Shown: in pieces, positions 29,545 to 32,000 of the stretch | Layout of the letters: every line of letters begins with the position of its first letter | How positions within the stretch are numbered: position 1 is the stretch's first letter | Assembly: GCF_033126985.1 (NCBI RefSeq) | Contig: NZ_AP024714.1 | Coordinates: 1,472,990 to 1,504,989 of the forward strand | Direction of reading: 5' to 3' | Source of the DNA: Methylomarinovum caldicuralii | GTDB taxonomy: Bacteria; Pseudomonadota; Gammaproteobacteria; Methylococcales; Methylothermaceae | DNA: 32,000 nt | Translations under genes and position numbers: made by a program | The notes under the pieces: model-generated | Databases searched by the model: none | The model's input: only the letters and a program-made list of their open reading frames with translations | Told to the model about the DNA's origin: nothing

Positions 29545-30263
29545 TGGAAGCGACGGAGATCTATCTCAGCCACCCCCACCCTTGCGACTATCTGCCGCAA
29601 CGTGAGGCGCGGATGCTGTTCCTGGCGCCGGAGCTGGAACTGTCAATGGCCGATTACAGCCACCTGGTGGCCAAGGGTTTCCGGCGCAGCGGCCGTCTGG
29701 TCTACCGGCCCCACTGCAGCCTGTGCCAAGCCTGTGTCTCGGTACGGATACCGGTCCACCGTTTCCGCCCCGACCGCAGCCAGCGCCGTTGCCTGCAGCG
29801 CAACCGGGACCTGGAACTGATCGCCCGGCCGGCGCAATTCCGCGATGAGCATTACGATCTCTATCTCCGTTATCTGAAGGCCCGTCATCCCGGCGGCGAC
29901 ATGGCCGAATCGACGCCCGAGGACTACACCGACTTTCTTATCTGCAGCTGGTGCGACACGCTGTTCTACGAACTCCGCCTCCGGGACCGGCTTCTGGCCG
30001 TCGCCGTGGTCGATCTGCTCGACGACGGCCTGTCGGCGGTCTATACCTTCTTCGATCCGGACCATCCCCGGCGGGGGCTTGGAACCTACGCCATCCTGTC
30101 AGAGATCGAAGCCGCCCGGCGCATGGGGCTGGACTACCTGTATCTGGGCTACTGGATCGCCGAATGTGACAAAATGGCCTACAAGCACCGCTTCCAGCCA
30201 CTGGAGTACTATGCCGACGGCCGCTGGCTGACCCATCCACCCACCTTCAACCCCAGGAGCTGA
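29544..30263 (+). CDS. bpt: Arginyl/leucyl-tRNA--protein transferase (ATE family, bacterial Bpt type)
   Basis: ATE N-terminal Cys motifs (HPCDYLP, CSLCQAC) and the C-terminal acyltransferase-like domain (AVYTFFDP, YLYLGYWI). ATG 29544 gives a TGATG overlap with aat. GTG 29532 is an alternative start. Confidence 0.85.
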   Translation: MEATEIYLSHPHPCDYLPQREARMLFLAPELELSMADYSHLVAKGFRRSGRLVYRPHCSLCQACVSVRIPVHRFRPDRSQRRCLQRNRDLELIARPAQFRDEHYDLYLRYLKARHPGGDMAESTPEDYTDFLICSWCDTLFYELRLRDRLLAVAVVDLLDDGLSAVYTFFDPDHPRRGLGTYAILSEIEAARRMGLDYLYLGYWIAECDKMAYKHRFQPLEYYADGRWLTHPPTFNPRS

Positions 30264-30265
30264 CC

Positions 30266-31531
30266 ATGACCCCGCAGAATGCTTTCTATGCCCAGTCCGG
30301 CGGCGTCACCGCCGTCATCAACGTCTCTGCATGCGCGGTGATCGAAACCGCCCACCGTCACCCGGACAAGATCGGCAAGGTCTATGCCGGCCGCAACGGG
30401 ATCGTCGGAGCCCTGACCGAAGATCTGATCGACACTTCCCGGGAAAGCGACGCAGCCATCGCCGCCCTGCGCCACACTCCAGGCGCCGCCTTCGGCTCCT
30501 GCCGCTACAAACTCAAGAGCCTTGAAGAGAACCGGGCCCAGTACGAACGCCTGATCGAGGTGTTCCGGGCTCACAACATCGGTTGTTTCTTCTACAACGG
30601 CGGCAACGATTCCGCCGACACCTGCCACAAAGTCTCCCAGCTTTCCGAGGCGATGGGTTTCCCCATCCGCGCCATCCACATTCCCAAAACCGTGGACAAC
30701 GACCTGCCGGTCACCGATTGCTGTCCCGGTTACGCCTCGGCCGCCAAATACGTCGCCCTGTCCACCCTGGAGGCGAGCATGGACGTCGCCTCCATGAGCG
30801 CCACCTCGACCAAGGTGTTCGTCTTCGAGGTCATGGGGCGGCACGCCGGCTGGATCGCCGCCGCCGGCGGGATGGCCTCGACCTCCGAACGGCCGGTTCC
30901 CATCGTCATCCTGTTTCCGGAGGTACCTTTCGATCAGGACGCCTTCCTCGCAAGGGTGAAAGCCGAGGTCAGCAAACACGGTTACTGCTCGGTGGTGGTG
31001 TCCGAGGGCGTCAGACGCGCGGACGGCAAGTTTCTCGCCGACGCCGGTTACACCGACGCCTTCGGCCACACCCAGCTCGGCGGGGTGGCCCCGGTGGTGG
31101 CGCGGATGATCTACGGGGAGCTGGGATTGCGCACCCACTGGGCGGTCGCCGATTATCTGCAGCGCTCGGCGCGTCACATCGCCTCCCACACCGATGTGGA
31201 GCACGCCTATGCCGTCGGCCGGGCGGCGGTGGAACTGGCGATCGCCGGCGGCAACGCCCTGATGGTGACCATCGAGCGCAGCGCCGACGACCCTTACCGC
31301 TGGGAGATCGGCAGCGCCCCCCTGGAAGAAATCGCCAACCGGGAAAAGCACATGCCGGCCGACTTCATCACCGCGGACGGCTTCGGCATCACCGATGCCT
31401 GCCGCCGTTACCTGCAGCCGTTGATCCGCGGCGAGGACTACCCGCCGTTCGCGGAAGACGGGTTGCCCCGCTACGCCCGCCTGCAGAACGCTCCGGTGGA
31501 AAAGATCCTCAACACCCCCTTCGAGCCCTGA
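30266..31531 (+). CDS. pfp: Pyrophosphate-dependent 6-phosphofructokinase
   Basis: PFK family motifs GGNDS and PKTVDND. These carry Asp and Lys at the two positions that distinguish PPi- from ATP-dependent enzymes (ATP-dependent enzymes have GGDGS and PGTIDND). MGRHAGW is present. 421 aa. Confidence 0.8.
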   Translation: MTPQNAFYAQSGGVTAVINVSACAVIETAHRHPDKIGKVYAGRNGIVGALTEDLIDTSRESDAAIAALRHTPGAAFGSCRYKLKSLEENRAQYERLIEVFRAHNIGCFFYNGGNDSADTCHKVSQLSEAMGFPIRAIHIPKTVDNDLPVTDCCPGYASAAKYVALSTLEASMDVASMSATSTKVFVFEVMGRHAGWIAAAGGMASTSERPVPIVILFPEVPFDQDAFLARVKAEVSKHGYCSVVVSEGVRRADGKFLADAGYTDAFGHTQLGGVAPVVARMIYGELGLRTHWAVADYLQRSARHIASHTDVEHAYAVGRAAVELAIAGGNALMVTIERSADDPYRWEIGSAPLEEIANREKHMPADFITADGFGITDACRRYLQPLIRGEDYPPFAEDGLPRYARLQNAPVEKILNTPFEP

Positions 31532-31533
31532 AG

Positions 31534-31568
31534 AAAAAGGCCGGAAGCGGTACCGCTTCCGGCCTTTT
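31534..31568. terminator. Bidirectional rho-independent terminator between pfp and the convergent downstream gene
   Basis: AAAAA-GGCCGGAAGCGG-TA-CCGCTTCCGGCC-TTTT. The arms are a perfect 12-bp match, and the element begins 3 nt after the pfp stop. Confidence 0.85.
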
Positions 31569-31592
31569 CATAGCGTCTTGCGAAGGACCGGT

Positions 31593-32000
31593 TCAGGAAG
31601 CCGGGGCGGCGGCGACCGGCTCGGCCTTGGCCGCTTCGGCCGCTGCCGGCTTCTCCGTTTCCTTCCCCGCCGGCGTCTCCCCGGAGGGGTTGGTCATCTG
31701 ATCGTTGAGGCGCTGGATCAGGATGTCGGCCTGATTGACGATCTTTTCCAGCTCCTCGCCGACCTTGTCGCTCCAGCCCTTGATCTTGCCGGTGGCGAAC
31801 AGGCGCCAGTTGGCGCACTGGTTGAAGGCACGCACCAGATTGAAGCGCAATCCCACCTGTTTTTGCCGGCGCGCCAGACGGCGGCGGTAAATCGCCTTGA
31901 AAATGCTGGAGAACAGCCAATGAAAGATCCCCAGGATCATCAGGCCGGCGGTGAAGGCAATGGCATCGGCCAAGGGATTGAACCAGAAACCGGTGGTGAT
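31593..32000 (-). CDS. Hypothetical membrane protein, 5' end beyond the window
   Basis: The frame is open to the window edge; the track start at 31973 is an internal TTG. It has a hydrophobic segment (FWFNPLADAIAFTAGLMILGIFHWLF), then a basic stretch, a helical segment and an Ala/Pro/Glu-rich tail. I recognise no family. Confidence 0.4.
   Translation of the reverse strand: MTTGFWFNPLADAIAFTAGLMILGIFHWLFSSIFKAIYRRRLARRQKQVGLRFNLVRAFNQCANWRLFATGKIKGWSDKVGEELEKIVNQADILIQRLNDQMTNPSGETPAGKETEKPAAAEAAKAEPVAAAPAS

Overview
High-GC, gene-dense chromosomal window of gammaproteobacterial type (GC about 60-65% by eye, not computed). It holds about 31 protein genes, nearly all recognisable housekeeping functions in familiar synteny blocks: cvpA-purF-metZ, trxB next to ftsK-lolA-rarA, aat-bpt, yadG-yadH. 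I saw no rRNA, tRNA, CRISPR, IS or prophage signatures. Main observations follow. (1) A 28-bp XerC/XerD dif site at 11902-11929 matches E. coli dif at 24/28 positions by hand alignment. It lies 7 bp downstream of a gene whose product aligns with the Tus replication-terminator protein. GGGNAGGG (KOPS) motifs switch strand at this point (9 of the 10 I found point toward it), so the window very probably spans the replication terminus, with tus-like, dif and ftsK within 16 kb. I could not identify a convincing Ter site. (2) A tightly packed, probably translationally coupled three-gene operon (5183 to 1188, minus strand) encodes a DUF2959-like helical protein and two paralogous P-loop GTPases. The GTPases have dynamin-like architecture and non-canonical DxPD G3 motifs; their function is unknown. 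(3) A perfect FNR box, TTGATTACAATCAA, sits between gnd and a 55-codon membrane-protein ORF absent from the ORF track. An FNR-type O2 sensor with an unusual recognition helix is encoded 4.5 kb away. (4) An orphan ECF-like sigma factor lies beside dif. Many long ORFs in the supplied track are antisense shadow ORFs typical of high-GC DNA. Several real genes start at internal codons rather than at the track start. All alignments, motif scans and counts were done by eye against sequences recalled from memory and need computational confirmation.
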